Shown here one piece after another: positions 27,803 through 44,000 of a stretch of 64,000 nt of DNA. The DNA is from Eledone cirrhosa (Eukaryota): contig OZ024750.1 in NCBI GenBank assembly GCA_964016885.1, positions 48,236,001 through 48,300,000 of the forward strand. The letters run 5' to 3'. A model generated the notes under the pieces. The model ran no database searches. It was not told the DNA's origin and was given only the letters and a program-made list of their open reading frames with translations. Each line of letters begins with the position of its first letter. Position 1 is the first letter of the stretch. The translations under genes were made by a program, and so were the position numbers.

Positions 27803-29086
27803 CTTCTTTTATATTTGTTACTTTATTTGTTTAGTTGTATTTATAATACTTGAATGTCTTTGGATTTAGTAATTTCAAATATTTCTTGGGAACATAGTCC
27901 ATATTCCTCTCTATTGCCCTGATTATAATTCAAAAATCTACTAAACAATTTGTTCACACCCCTAATAACAATCACAATATTATAGTATCATCTGATAACA
28001 AAATCTACCCTCAAACTTATATACATACCCAATATAACAATAGAAAACCAATTAAAAACCATTAAAAAAACGTAAATGCTCCATTTAACTTGCAAACTAT
28101 GGTGCAAATCCCTAAAATATTTTTTGCAATTCTCGATAAACATTTCCCAACTAACCACAAATACCATCAAATCTTAAACAGATATACGGTAACATTGTCT
28201 TACTCCACATCTAGCAATATACAACAAAAAATAAGTGCATATAACATCTATAACTGTAAAACAAGCTCCATGTATACCTCTATAACACTACACACACATT
28301 AACTATAACAATACTACAACGCATAACCAGAATATTATTAACTTTCCACCAGTTACATGCACTCACTCACCTCACCAACACAATACATCAGCCTACAACC
28401 AACTAAAATCTTCCTCATCCTTAATAGGAAATAAGAATTACATCTGACCAATAATTTCCACAACAACCATGATCCTATAAACACTCTATCCCCTATAATT
28501 TAACCAACTAACAACCCATCGAGTCATGACCACCCAACCGCAAACCCTTCTCTCTCATATATAAATGTAAATACAAATACTAGCACTGTTATTGGGTATA
28601 TAGCAAGCACATCTGACACCCAATGTACAAACGGTTGTAATTGTAGAGTAAAAAGTAATTGCTCCTTAAATGGAAATAGCTTAATTAATTATATAGTGTA
28701 TAAACGTATAATTACCACTAATGACTCTAATCAATCCTATATTCGATCCACATCTAATCCGTTTGAATCGAGATTTTATGCTCACACCCACACTTTTCGA
28801 CACACAATGTTATCTAATACCACTCCTTTAGCGGAAGCAGTTAATAATTGTAAAAAGAAGAAAATTAATTATAACTTGGAAGATTCTCGAAAGAGCCATT
28901 TCTTATCAGGGCAATGGAAAGGAGTGTGGACTATGTTCCCAAGAAATTTTTGAAATTACTAAATCGAAAGACATTCTATTAAATAAAAGACAGGAATTAA
29001 TTATCGCATGTATTCCATAGAATCAGAAAGACATTCAAGTATTATAAATACAACCAAACAAATAAAGAAAACAATATAAAAGAAGA
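27803..29086 (+). mobile_element. Degenerate PLE 3' fragment (linker plus GIY-YIG) with ~65-bp terminal inverted arms
   Basis: FFAILDKHFPTNHKYHQILNRYTVTLSYST; CNCRVKSNCSLNG..IVYK..SYI; arms 27803-27865 / 29020-29086. Confidence 0.8.
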
Positions 29087-29098
29087 TATATATATATG

Positions 29099-29207
<109 letters not shown>

Positions 29208-29855
29208 ATTTTTGCTATTAGAATTAATCCATAGATTCATCCCTATAACTGCTTTAAATAATTAACAATTAATGACCACGATATATTACATTATATTCAA
29301 CACTCTAACACAACTTTAACAGACATGCATTTAAACCTATTAAGAAAACCAGATTATTAATGACATTTCTTATTCGAAAATAAAATTCCCTACAGGGAAA
29401 ACTTCATTCTGATCAATCTAACACAATACAATGCTTACACAAATGTTATTATTTTCTTACCTATATATTTTTTTATCTAAATTTTACTTTTCTTTGGTTC
29501 CATCTATATTCCTATACTTCTATTTTTAGGACACATTATTCCCCTTGAACAAAGAAATAACAAATATTTAGGATTGTTCTATACTATTCTACTAGATATA
29601 ACACCCCCTTTTCTACAACTTTAATTTTCTTTTACCGCCCACACTTTTCTATACAATCTGTCTAAATTCCTTTACACTCACAACTTTCTTTTATTTTCTT
29701 AAATGTCATTCAATACCTCATCCCCTGACTGTTAATCTATTCATATACTACTACCAGCTTAATGATCTATATTGCCCCTTCCTATTTTTATTATTGGTCA
29801 ATCTCAACTTTGTTCTTAAAAGGTTACTTACATGTTTTTATATTCTTCAATAAAC

Positions 29856-30003
29856 AAAACTCATTATTACTGAAGACGGCGGGAAGGGAAGACGTATGTA
29901 TATTTTCTTACTTTGATAATTTGTAATATATTTTACATAGATCACTAATAGAATGAACATACGAAGACTACCGCCTAGAAACAATCGTAAAATAATGAGT
30001 TTT
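29856..30003 (+). ncRNA. HHR motif with ~100-nt extended stem II
   Basis: AAAACTCATTATTa-CTGAAGA-cGGCGG..CCGCCta-GAAA-CAATCG-TA-aAATAATGAGTTTT; 13-bp stem I. Confidence 0.7.
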
Positions 30004-30186
30004 ACTTTGATTACCCGTATTTTGTTTAATTTCATTATTTCACTAATAGTATTATTTTAACTCTGCTTCCAATGAATCATATTGTTGAAGTTCTGTATTT
30101 TAAACTTCGCCTCACGACATCTTCTACATACGGATTACATTGAATTCTTCATACGGCTTGGACCCTACCATTAATTGGTGGATTTA

Positions 30187-30257
<71 letters not shown>

Positions 30258-30986
30258 TACACACATATTTATGTACGCTCGAAATGCTTCTGTGTTAATT
30301 CCTTCCACCATAATTCTCTGAAAAGTCATTCGTCAACTCGAATTTGCCGCGCAAAAGGACGGAAATCGAAACCTGCTGATGAGAAGAGAGATTGTCAGCT
30401 CGTAGTAGTGTGTAAAATGCCCATGTAATGCCGCTGTAATTATTCGGGATTCTGTATCTTTGTAATAGTTTTGTTTGCAAATAAAATCTGAAGTACATTC
30501 AACAGATATTATCTCTGGAATCTCAACAAACTCTATATTATCCATCAATTGTAGAAGGGCATATTCATAAAGGAAATTAAAGACGTTTAGAATATTAATA
30601 AACATTAACTATTAGTGCTTACTTTAGCTAGCGAAGGAAAGAAAACTTGGTTAGATTCCTGAACGTGCATGAAATATTATCCATTTCGAAATTTTAATTT
30701 AAGTGTGGATAATTTTGTGTCCAAATTTTAGTGAGGGTTTACTATCACAAAACAGTATATTAATCATCAGTTCATTCGTGAAAGACTAGTGGATAAAAGT
30801 AATTTAGTAGACAGTCATTACATACAAGTCTCATCATCCCTTCCACACCACACAGACACACATAGTTAATGTGTCTGTATGTAAATGTAAATTTCTATGT
30901 GTATTAAGATACAAACACAAACACACATACATACATGTGTATATTTATCTCTCTATATATATACATACATACACACAAATATTTAA

Positions 30987-31041
<55 letters not shown>

Positions 31042-31328
31042 CAAGGACGGTGCCCCAGCATGGCCTCAGCCGGATGGCTGAAACACGTAAAAGAGTAAAG
31101 GAGATATACATATATATATATATATATCACCAAAAGTTAAACAAGGTTAATTGATTAATCAATGAATATAATTTTACAATAGATTAAAGGCACTCAACAA
31201 AAAAGTTTTCAGGAGTTATTAATGTTAATTTGAAATATTAATAAATATTCAAGTCTTGGCCGGAATTGTCTGCCAAGACTGGAATTGAACCATCTGTACA
31301 GTTGAGGTATGCCATACATCAATATATA

Positions 31329-31394
31329 TATTTTATCTGATGAGGACGTACTGAGAAAACAGCACAGTACCTCCGAAATATATATAAGAAAATA
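31329..31394 (+). ncRNA. Minimal HHR motif (27546 family)
   Basis: TATTTTAT-CTGATGA-GGACGTACTG..CAGTACCTCC-GAAA-TATATA-TA-AGAAAATA. Confidence 0.8.
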
Positions 31395-31436
31395 TATTTT
31401 GATTACGTTGAATGTCTATATTTATTAATATTTCAA

Positions 31437-31486
<50 letters not shown>

Positions 31487-31488
<2 letters not shown>

Positions 31489-31600
31489 CCAAAATTAAAC
31501 TAAGATTGTCATGTCTGAGAGACATGCGCCATATTCACTGCAGAATAAGCTCAAAAATTCCAATGAATAGTTCCGAGCATTTTATATATATATATATACA

Positions 31601-31673
<73 letters not shown>

Positions 31674-32253
31674 GGGGGGGGGGGCGTGTGAATCTATTTC
31701 TAGTTGATATAAAATGCTCGGAACTATTCATAGGAATCTGTGAGCTTATTCCGAAGTGAATATGGCGCATGTCTCTCAGACATGACAACCTTAATCTAAT
31801 TTTGGATATATATAAGGCCTCTTGATTGTAGAGCTAATTCAGTTGAATGGACTCAGCTGCTATTTCTAGCTGTCGATAATCCTATTATCGCCACTTGGAT
31901 GACGGGGTGCGATGTCTGTATTTTTTATAAAATGCAACACGTGGTTCGTGTCATTCACATTTTTGCATTTGCTATGTAAACACAGATTGTTGGATCTTCT
32001 CCTTTGGTGACCATCCAGGATTTGACTGCTGTGATTTACTGATTAATTGGTGAAATGTATGTTTTATTTAAAGAAATATATACAAAGGAGATTAATCATT
32101 TTAAAAGGTATTTATATTTGAAGTTCTAAGTTCTAGTTAAACTTTATTTAGTTACCTACCTAGCTATGTACTTATATACTTTACAAATTATTCCCTGAGA
32201 TTGTTACATGTGTTTATTTTATATATATATGTGTGTCAATTTATTTTTAGTTG

Positions 32254-32256
<3 letters not shown>
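31487..32256. repeat. Inverted pair (31487-31585 / 31707-31810) and body (32025-32256) of the family also at 48612-49005
   Basis: Shared GGCGCATGTCTCTCAGACATGAC and CTAGTTGATATA ends. Confidence 0.8.
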
Positions 32257-32298
<42 letters not shown>

Positions 32299-32404
32299 AA
32301 TACACATACAACCACACACTTACACTCTTACACACAAACATAAAAAAACCCCACACACACGTATATATTTATGTGTATGTGTTTACATATATATATATAT
32401 ATGT

Positions 32405-32880
32405 GATAAAACAGAAAACACAGGTAAGCATTAAAAAAAGGATTTTATCCAGTGATTTACGCTCGTTTCATTGGTAAGTGCAACCGTATGTTGCTATACT
32501 GCAAATAGCTGCCACTCAATATTAATTGTTGTACACGTCCAAATTTTCAAAATATTGAATACGTTACTCTTAACAAGTTCTTAATACATAGAGACAAACA
32601 TTTTTCGGAATTGTATTTGCTAGTATAGAGAGAGAGGAAGAGGAATTATAAAGTAGCGGGACAAAGGGTGTAGTATAGAGAGAGAGGAATGGGGAGAAGA
32701 ATTAGGAAGTAGGGTGACAAACTGAGATGGAGGGAGGTTATAGATGGAAGGAATCTTTGATCAGTTTTGATATATGTAGACCTGATGTCGTTAATTTAGA
32801 GTGTGATGAGTTAAAGAGAATTAAATTATTTATAGTGGGAGGGATGGATAAAGAGAGAGATATATAGGGGGGGGAGATAA

Positions 32881-32933
<53 letters not shown>

Positions 32934-35872
32934 TATAAACAAATAATAATAGATAAATAAATAAATAAAATAAAGAAGGGGGTGGGAGGGGGGTGAAGTA
33001 AAGAAGTTACATCAAAAAAAAAAGAGAGAAGAAAGGAAGAAAACGAAAAGAAATAGAAAAGGAATGTAGGAGAAAGGAGGGATGAAGGTATTATTTTTTG
33101 TGGTTAATTACAGGGGTTGTTTACAATAAGCTGGTAGAAAGTCTAAGTGTATGCAGTTTGTCAGGTGGTAGTAAGAGGTTAAGGGTTCGATTGCACTTGT
33201 AGTGCGAAAACTTTTCTTCGAATCTATGGTTACAAAAAGTCGATCTTTCGATTTTATTGTTGCGTATCTTATTCATCGATCTCAAAATGTGCAACAGCTC
33301 AAGTTCACGTAATCGACAGCTTCTCATACCACCCGATATGGGGGTCGCGTTCGATTATTTTTTTCCACTTATGGGTGTATTTATGGCTACTTCCCCTCAG
33401 TTGCCAGGTCTTGTTCGCAAGGGTAGTTACATAACGATGCTGGGAATGTTTCATTGCGTAACGGTGTGTATACCAACGAGCTTTAAATGTATTCCCAGTC
33501 GCTCCGATATAATACCATTTCTGGTTGTCTGATTCCACTGTGCATTGGTAAGCCAGGTTAGACTGCATACATTCGTTATGTCATGGACAGGTTTCAGGTA
33601 GGTGGCAGTTAGAATTATTGTCATGGGCTACCTTGGCATTATTAGAGTGCTGCGATGCCTGTACAAGTGAGTTACGTCTTGTTTGCCGATTAGTGGGAGG
33701 TTGTGTATTAGATATTATGTTGTGTTCAATAGTAATTGTATTGTTATTGTTATACATTTGTGTTCTGGTGTTGTTACGTATCTTTTTAGAGTTAAGCATC
33801 TTAATGTGTGCCTCTATATTTGGTGCCGTGGAGTAAGATAGTCTAATAGATTTAGTGTTAAGGATTTTGCTGTATCTATGTGAATCTGGAAAGTGCTTAT
33901 TTATTATTCTAAAGAAGGTAGAGGCTAGGTTAGTACTAATAGAGGTGTTAAATATGGGATTATACCAAATATATTTTCTACTGCGTGACGTGCTTGATTT
34001 CGATGTTGCATTTCTACTTTCATTATAATTTGTAGTTCTACGTGTACATGTGTGTGTGCGTGTGTTTCTGGAGTTTGTGTTATGCGTGTTCGTGTGTGTT
34101 TTGCGGAGGCTTTCATTTATATATTCTACTCTATCTAAGTGACCTGCCTTGTCTACTGCAGTATTGTAGTACTCTACATGTTCCTCGAAGATTTGTTGGT
34201 TAGACGGGAGGCGGGAGATCCTAATGGATATGCTGCGCGGAACGAATTTAATTATGGATAGTGGGTGGTGCGATTTTCATATATTAGGTTAAGCTTCGCG
34301 TCTAGAAAGTTAACTATTTTAGTGCTATATTCATACGTTATGCTAAAGCCCAGTTGCCCGATAGTCTTTCTAATATTCTTACGCAGTCTTTCTATGCTCT
34401 GGTTATTTAGGTTATTAACTAGGAGAAGGGCGTCGTTTCTGTAGATTCCAGAGTGAATGTCGCTAAACTCCCTCTGTAAATTATGGGCTATGTAAATACC
34501 TACTAAATGTGTGATTTGAGCCGAGTCATTAGCCCCCATTGTGATGTCGAAGTTATTTAGTCTATACTTACGTTCCCAATAGGCGTTTTCACGTTTAATT
34601 ATTGTTTTCCTGGCATCTAATATTATGTTCATCTCGTCGTCTGTCAGGTCAGAATTGGCTTTGGCGAATGCTAAGGCTTTATCCAATGTGTTGGGGGATA
34701 TAGAGGAATAATAGTCGTTAATGTCGAATTGTATGAACTTAGATACATTTTGTTGGCTATATTGTTAAACCATTTAATTGTTTCGGTAGTGTTACCCCAT
34801 TGTTTAATTACTAGTTTATTATTCATTTGTGCTATCACTCTATCTACTATATGTTTACTAATTTTCCCGATCTCCGATTTGGACGGCCATATAAGTATGA
34901 TTGTGGGGTTATAATCAAAATTTATCTTGTGGTTCTTGAGATTAAATGTGGGGGTACATGGCCTAAGTGGCTCCAGTCTGTCGTCTATTCCTAGGTGTTT
35001 GACTATATTGTATGCCTCGTTGTTGATGTTTATAAGTGACGTCTCGTTAGTTTTTTTTGTATTTCCTATGTAGTTCCTTCCGTTTGAAGCAACTGTATGT
35101 ATTAATATCCATTGTATAAACATTTGATGTTTTTTCCGCTTTGACAATAATTCCATTGGTGGTTCGCAGCTTTTTTAGGAATGTATTCATGTCATTCGGG
35201 AGTTTATTATTCCTTCGCTATTTGAATTTGATATTCATAATCGTTTTCAGTAAGTCCTGTACAAATCATCCAGTTGGGGGTTGGCAGGTGGGTTCCTACA
35301 TAAGTTGAAGCAGTATGTTTCCTTGTCGCATTCCACGGTGCGACCATTACGTCCTTTGTTGAAATGGAAAGTTTTCCATCTAACCCGGTGTATGAAGTCG
35401 TTTGTTCGCTGTACCATCCCGAGGGTATAATCCTTTCTCAAATGTATAGGAATATTCTTTAGGGACATACCTATGTAATGCTTTTCCATAGTAGTACCGT
35501 ATGTTTAGGTGGTAGCTCGACCGATAAGGAGCCTATAGTTAGGGAAGCAGAAAATTGCTTATTGTAATCCAGTTTCATGGACAGTTTCAACGTACGGTTA
35601 GGGGTAATTACACAAGTTTGTAAGAATCACATTCAATATTGGAGAGTAAAGGATAACAGAGAAAACACATGTAAGCTTTAAAAAAAGGAATTTATCCAAG
35701 TATTTACGACAGTTTTATTGGTAAGTGCAACATGATATTGCTATACTGCAATAGAAGCCACTCAATAATAGTTGTTGTACACGTCCACATTTTCAAAATA
35801 GTGAATAAGTTAAAATTAACAAGTTCTTAATATATAGAGAAAAACATTTTTTGGAATTGTATTTGCTAGTAT
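32405..35872 (-). mobile_element. Degenerate near-full-length Penelope-like element with direct pseudo-LTRs (32405-32625; 35650-35872)
   Basis: RT remnants FDITMGANDSAQ, GIYRNDALL, VNFLD; GIY-YIG NLAYQCTV..YYIGATGNTFKARWYTH; many frameshifts. Confidence 0.9.
32447..32560 (-). ncRNA. U3:A8-variant HHR in the pseudo-LTR (second, more degenerate copy 35694-35806)
   Basis: Minus: attcaatatt-TTGAAAA-tTTGG..CCAAt-GAAA-CGAGCG-TA-aatcactggat. Confidence 0.55.
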
Positions 35873-35884
35873 TGGAAATATATC

Positions 35885-35944
<60 letters not shown>

Positions 35945-36126
35945 GTATATACGTGTATATATATATATATATACAATAAATTAACAAATGTAAACAATAT
36001 ATATAAATTCATATTTATTTCATTATACATAGTTAAGGACACCAAGATATGGTGCGTTTTCATCATATAAAATATTATTTAGATCAGTTTTATAAATAAG
36101 TATTGACATACCCTTAAATAATGCGA

Positions 36127-36233
<107 letters not shown>

Positions 36234-36369
36234 CAGGCATAGCATGTATAATTCGCTGATACGATACAACTTTGGAAATATATCACGTATATATATATAT
36301 ATATATATATATAATTATACATACAGGCATTGCATATATAGTTCGCTGATACGATACATATTTGGAAAC

Positions 36370-36407
<38 letters not shown>

Positions 36408-36477
36408 AAAAAGAGATGAAATCGAAAATGCAACTGAAGTCTTATTTTCTTTTTTAAATATATATATTTATTTGGTT

Positions 36478-36515
36478 CCTTTACCGGTTTCGCAGTTCTT
36501 CTGCTTTTCAAAAGG
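36478..36515 (-). ncRNA. U3:A8-variant minimal HHR
   Basis: Minus: CCTT-TTGAAAA-GCAG aagaa CTGC-GAAA-CCGG-TA-AAGG; stems I and II pair fully and stem III ACCGGT is palindromic. Confidence 0.75.
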
Positions 36516-36758
36516 TGAGTTGAGATGGAGGGTCTGTGGTTTTTCTCACATATATATATATATATACAGCTATAGCATATATTTTTAGCTGATACGATAC
36601 AACTTTGGACATACATCATGTATATATATATATATATATATATCATGATAAATTACGTAGCCATAGACTCTCTGTTTTATTGGTTTGTCCGTGTATTATT
36701 GATGACACACTGTCTCACCTTAGTGTGTTAACTTTTCATCATATTGTATTTTATATAA

Positions 36759-36852
<94 letters not shown>

Positions 36853-36856
36853 ATAC

Positions 36857-36916
<60 letters not shown>

Positions 36917-36921
36917 GTATG

Positions 36922-37056
<135 letters not shown>

Positions 37057-37057
37057 G

Positions 37058-37097
<40 letters not shown>

Positions 37098-37144
37098 AAT
37101 ATATATGTATATATATATATATAAATATATATGTATATATATAC

Positions 37145-37255
<111 letters not shown>

Positions 37256-37356
37256 TATATGTGTATATATTTATATATATATATATATATATATAAATAT
37301 ATATGTGTATATATTTAAGTATATATATATATATGTATTTATATATATATGTGTGT

Positions 37357-37514
37357 AGAAGTTATATTTAAATTGTTGGGATACAAGAAGCAAATATTTT
37401 TATAACTTATATAAAGCACTCAACAAATTATTGGCGTAACGATACGATATATTAACAAATGGAAACTATATTTATGGTTTTATAAATATAGTTTCCATTT
37501 GTTAATATATCGTA
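37357..37514 (-). repeat. Short fold-back copy of the 59587 family (hairpin 37444-37514 plus tail)
   Basis: Shares ACAAATGGAAACTATATTTAT arms and the tail sequence with 59587-60069. Confidence 0.8.
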
Positions 37515-37632
37515 TATATATATATATATATACGATATATATATATATATCGTATATATATATATATGTCGTATATATATATATATATATATGTCTCACC
37601 TTAGTGTGTTAACTTTTCATCATATTGTATTT

Positions 37633-37807
<175 letters not shown>

Positions 37808-38100
37808 GCATAGCATGTATAATTCGCTGATACGATACAACTTTGGGAATGTATTATGTATATATATATATTCAGGTATACCATATACAATTCGCTGATA
37901 CGATACAAATTCGGAAATACATTCTGCATATATATAATTATTTTTTTTTAAATATACATATGTATATATATATATATACACGCCATATATAATTCGCTGA
38001 CACGATACAACTTTGGAAATATATCATGTATATATATATATATATATACAGGCATAGCGTATATAACTCGCTGATACGAAACAACTTTGGAAATATATCA

Positions 38101-38147
<47 letters not shown>

Positions 38148-38391
38148 ATAGCATATATAATTCGCTGATACGATACAACTTTGGAAATATATCATGTATA
38201 TATATCTATATATAAATATATATATATTTATAATGTATAAAAAACAACAATACAATATAATTACCTCATTACCAGAGGTTTCCGGAATAAGGCGAATACG
38301 AGAGAAACGTCTTCATTCGTTCGTAGGACGAGGCAACTGGTACTTACATAGATCACTCCCATGACTTTTTCTGTTTTCAACAGAAACTTCA

Positions 38392-39255
<864 letters not shown>

Positions 39256-39310
39256 GTGGGAAGGTAAAAAATCGGAGAATAGACAGTTAAAACATGTTTA
39301 TTTAAAATAC

Positions 39311-39349
39311 CACCTACGTACGTTTCGCCCACTTGGGCTCTTCAAGGGC
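39311..39349 (-). ncRNA. Minimal HHR motif, slightly degenerate
   Basis: Minus: gccc-TTGAAGA-GCCC aagt GGGC-GAAA-CGTACG-TA-ggtg. Confidence 0.65.
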
Positions 39350-39474
39350 ATAAATAATCACAAGTGTTCCTTATATTGTTCGGAAAGAGTTAAGAAATAT
39401 ATATATATATATATATATATATACAGGCATAGAATATATAATTCGCTGATACGATATAACTTTGGAAATGTATC

Positions 39475-39515
<41 letters not shown>

Positions 39516-39559
39516 CATAGCATATATAATTCGCTGATACGATACATATTTGGAATCAT

Positions 39560-39632
<73 letters not shown>

Positions 39633-39928
39633 GTATATAATGTGTCTATTTAACTATGTATATACACGTCTGGTTTGTATATATATAGTTTCATATATGT
39701 ATGTGCGTACGACTGTACTTATAATTGTATAGATACACGTGGGCAATTATACGTACACAAATACTGATATGCATGTACGAAAGTTAATCATTATTGTGGC
39801 ATACTTCAGAAAAATGATTTGAGTTTTTCGAAATTGCAAATATGCAATAAGCTATTTATAATGAAATTACACGGAATGGAAATATAACATTCCTTAATAT
39901 TTATTGGCAACACTTCCGATAGCGTAGT

Positions 39929-39993
<65 letters not shown>

Positions 39994-40625
39994 CATATAT
40001 ACATATACATGTAAATAAATAAATATCTATATATCTATATATATGTATATTTATATATATAAATATATATATATTTGTGTGTGTGTGTGCGTGCTTTTTA
40101 TATTGTTTGTCGTAGTTATACTCATGTAAAATCTTCTAAAATGAAACGCTTCTATCGTGATGTACAAAATAGTAATTTCTATTTGATTACATTACTAACA
40201 TTGTTTGTAATTACTTCTTAACACAAATACTATGTATTTTAAATAGTGTATGGATGAGCGCGTGTGTTTATGTAATGTAGGTTTCTCCAAATAGAATATG
40301 AAAGCAATTTAAACAAAATGTCACATTTCATAACATTTATTACGAAATTGAAAATAGAAACCAATTTTTGCAAGATAAACGTATTGCGTATATAATTTCA
40401 TATACATAGATATTTAAAAACAATCTGCTTCTTCATTCTTCCTTCATTCTTACCCCTCTCTCTATAGATACCGAAGCTGAAACTGCTTGATACCCCGGTC
40501 GGAATTCTATCATTCTATATCTATATATATATATATGCGCCCCCTCACTCTCGATCTGTATATATATATATATAAAATAAAATAAAATAAATAAGTCAAA
40601 TATTTAAAATTTGGCTTCGTTTATT

Positions 40626-40680
40626 ACTGCTATATATATTTCGGTGACAGCCCTCTTTGGCTGTGATCTCTTCAGGCAGT
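40626..40680 (-). ncRNA. Canonical-core minimal HHR
   Basis: Minus: ACTGC-CTGAAGA-gatcACAGCC aaagag GGCTGTcacc-GAAA-TATATA-TA-GCAGT. Confidence 0.8.
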
Positions 40681-40831
40681 CCGAATTAGTGTGGTAGAGA
40701 CGCGTACACATGTTGTTGATGTGTATAATTTGTCAATACTCCGATATGCCCAGTTCCTGGTTGTGTTGTTATTTCACTGAGGACCTGGAATCTTATGAGG
40801 TGTTGGTATACAACCAACATATACTCAAAAT

Positions 40832-40881
<50 letters not shown>

Positions 40882-41075
40882 ATATATATATATATTGTTA
40901 TACTTTAGGAGGGTCAAATTCAGAAACGAAATATATATATATATATATATACATATACAGTAATAAATGTGAAGAATAAATTCGAAGAGGGCTAGATAAA
41001 GAAGATCCCGTAATAAAATAGGGTAAGCAGCGATTTTTTGCTTAAACATTAATCAGACCTCATAATATATATATA

Positions 41076-44000
41076 AAAACACATATTAGCAAGACATACT
41101 CTTTTCAAAGACCTCCCTGTATAGATAAGAAATGTATAATCTGTAAATTAAGCCCCCATATTAACTGTAAAACTAGAAATGTAGTATATAGCATAATATG
41201 TACTGAAGGACAATGTGGAGATAAAAATATAGTGTACATAGGTGAGACAGCTCGTAGTATAGGGGAACAGATAAATGAACACTGGCGAGACCTTCAAGAT
41301 AGTAAAGAATCATCTCTACTCTACCAACATGCTGAAATAGAACATAAGGGTAAATTAGAGAACATAGAAATACAAATAGAATCTACTCACAGAAAAGACG
41401 CAATGTTTAGACAAATCACAGAGGCAATAAACATAAATGAATTACAACCAAAATTAAATAGAAAACATGAGTGGAACAGCAACATCACAACTTACAATTA
41501 AGGACAAACTGAAATCACACACGCACATAGAACAAACAACCAACCAGTAACATGTAAATAAACGAATATAAACACACACAGACACCCGGATGTAACACAT
41601 GCGCAAACTAAGCACACAACACACACACACAAACAAGATGACGTAGGACAGAACAAAGAGCAGCACAAAAACCAAAGAAAATAATCCCCAGTCACTGAAG
41701 AGATCACAGAATGTGTGACGAAAGAACTTTGACAATATATAAACAACAATCTGTTTGTGGAAACAACCAACCAACCGGAAATTTATAAATTCCTAAATTT
41801 ATAAATTTATAATAATAAATTGAGTGAAAGCAACTCTAGTGCATGTGTTTCTTATTGGCAACATGACCCTCCCAAAGTATAACAATATCGGTTTCAACAC
41901 ACGTTTTCAGATAAATAATCTTGCTAAACAAATTCCGAAACGAAATATCGTAAGCCTTAGCCAGGCTAACAAGATACTGAAAACAACCATGTTCTGTTGT
42001 CTACGAAAAATAACATCTCGACAACTACACTTCATAAAAGCATGTGCCTCGTCCCGAGTTTACACCAACACCATCAACACCGATGTAAGAAGATTACAGC
42101 TCACCAAAAAGCAAGCAGAAAGGCTAAAACGAACACTAATTCTAAACATAAAAAAGAAGATTTATAGAGAATTAAGTCATCAATAAAAACATAAGCGTAA
42201 CCTAATACAAGAAATAACTAAGATCACCACACCAAGAGAAAAAACTAATATTTATAAACCTTATATGTCCTGAAGAACAGTACATTGTTTAAGAACGTGA
42301 CAAGCACTTTAACAAGAAACTAAAGTGGCTCAAACAGATAAAACTAAATCAAGATACTATAGAGAATATCAATAGATATCCCGACAAAATTAACGGTATA
42401 AATATGGCCGACATCTCATTAACAGATAAATTCAACAACAACAAGACAAATATATACGGCAACACTACGGTCCACTCTGATGAATTATCTGTATTACAAC
42501 TGCCACATAATTATGCCACATTTAATAAGGTAAATATGATTAAATGCTTGTCAGAAATAGAAAAATCATTTACAAAATTACGTTGGAGCCTCAAAAACAA
42601 AAACAAAAATACAACACACATCCCAACAACAACAGACACGCATACACTAACAACAATAACACCACACACATCAGCAATAATAACATACTCAGAAACAACA
42701 ACAACAGACACGCAGAAACAAACAACAATAACATACACGAAGACAACAACAACAACACACATCATCAACAACAACAACAACAACACACACACATTCAATG
42801 CCTCTCACCAACACCACAATCTTAACAAACACACAGACACAGAAAACAGGTAATGACAGTAGCACAGAAATAAGGGAATGTAATAGGATTGAAAGGAGAA
42901 GGGAGACTATGGAAAGAGAAAATAACCAAGACGAACACAAAGACACACAAAATAGAGTAGATAATAACAATGAGCCAGAGGAAAAAGACAGGAGTAATAA
43001 TAAGACATAGACAACTAAAAATAACAATAGCACTAGTACACATAAAGCAGCCTGGAACTCTACTTTTTATAATCCCTCCGATAAGTCGTTCGACCTGCGA
43101 CGAGTCCACGCCACGACTATAGTTTTTAACAAATGCACGCAGTTGCCGTCGCAGGTCGATGGACAAACAGAAGCACAATTTAGTATAGCTAGATCTAAAC
43201 TTAGAAATATTATAGAACAGTATAGCAAGAAGCATAATAGAATGGATGCCCAGCAACTGGGAGAAAAATCTGCAAATGGCTTGCGTAAGCTCATGCAGCG
43301 CTCGCAATGGAAAGATAGCATGCTTTCCAAAAGACAAGTCTGTCAGAATGTCGGTTGGCAGTCTGCCAAACTGCATCCAGGCAATGCAACCCCACATCAC
43401 TAACACAAGAGAAGTAACACCAAAAGACCATGAGGATAGAAAATAGACTCTCAATGCCCATATGATGATGTGGACAAATATAATGCAACCCAACAAAAGG
43501 ACTGCCAACAACTTCCAGGCCTGGAACAATGACGTGCCACGTTGTATGGGCTTCGAAAAGACCATAAAACGAGCAGTGACCATGTGACAGGACGACCAAC
43601 AAGGCCAGTCTGTGGAGCTAACATTGCTAGTAACTACAGACTGACTTACTTCCTCCTTGATCATACGCCCCATCATTGAAATCTAGCCAGATGTATGTGA
43701 CAGAACGGAGGACCTCCTCAGCAGAATCGGCGGGAGTAACCGATCTAGGGACCTAACAAACTGCATAATAGGTAGTATGGATGTTGTGTCCCTGTATCCA
43801 TCTATTGACGTGGATTTTGCTGTGGAGAAATGCGTAGAAATGATCAGTGAGAGCAATGTTGAATTACATGGGATTGATACTAGTGAGCTGGGACTCATAC
43901 TTAAACTTACCTATAGTAATAATTATCTAGACACATATGACCGTAGCAACCTGTGCCCTACAAGACCAGCAAGAGGCAGACCACCTACCATTACTTCAAT

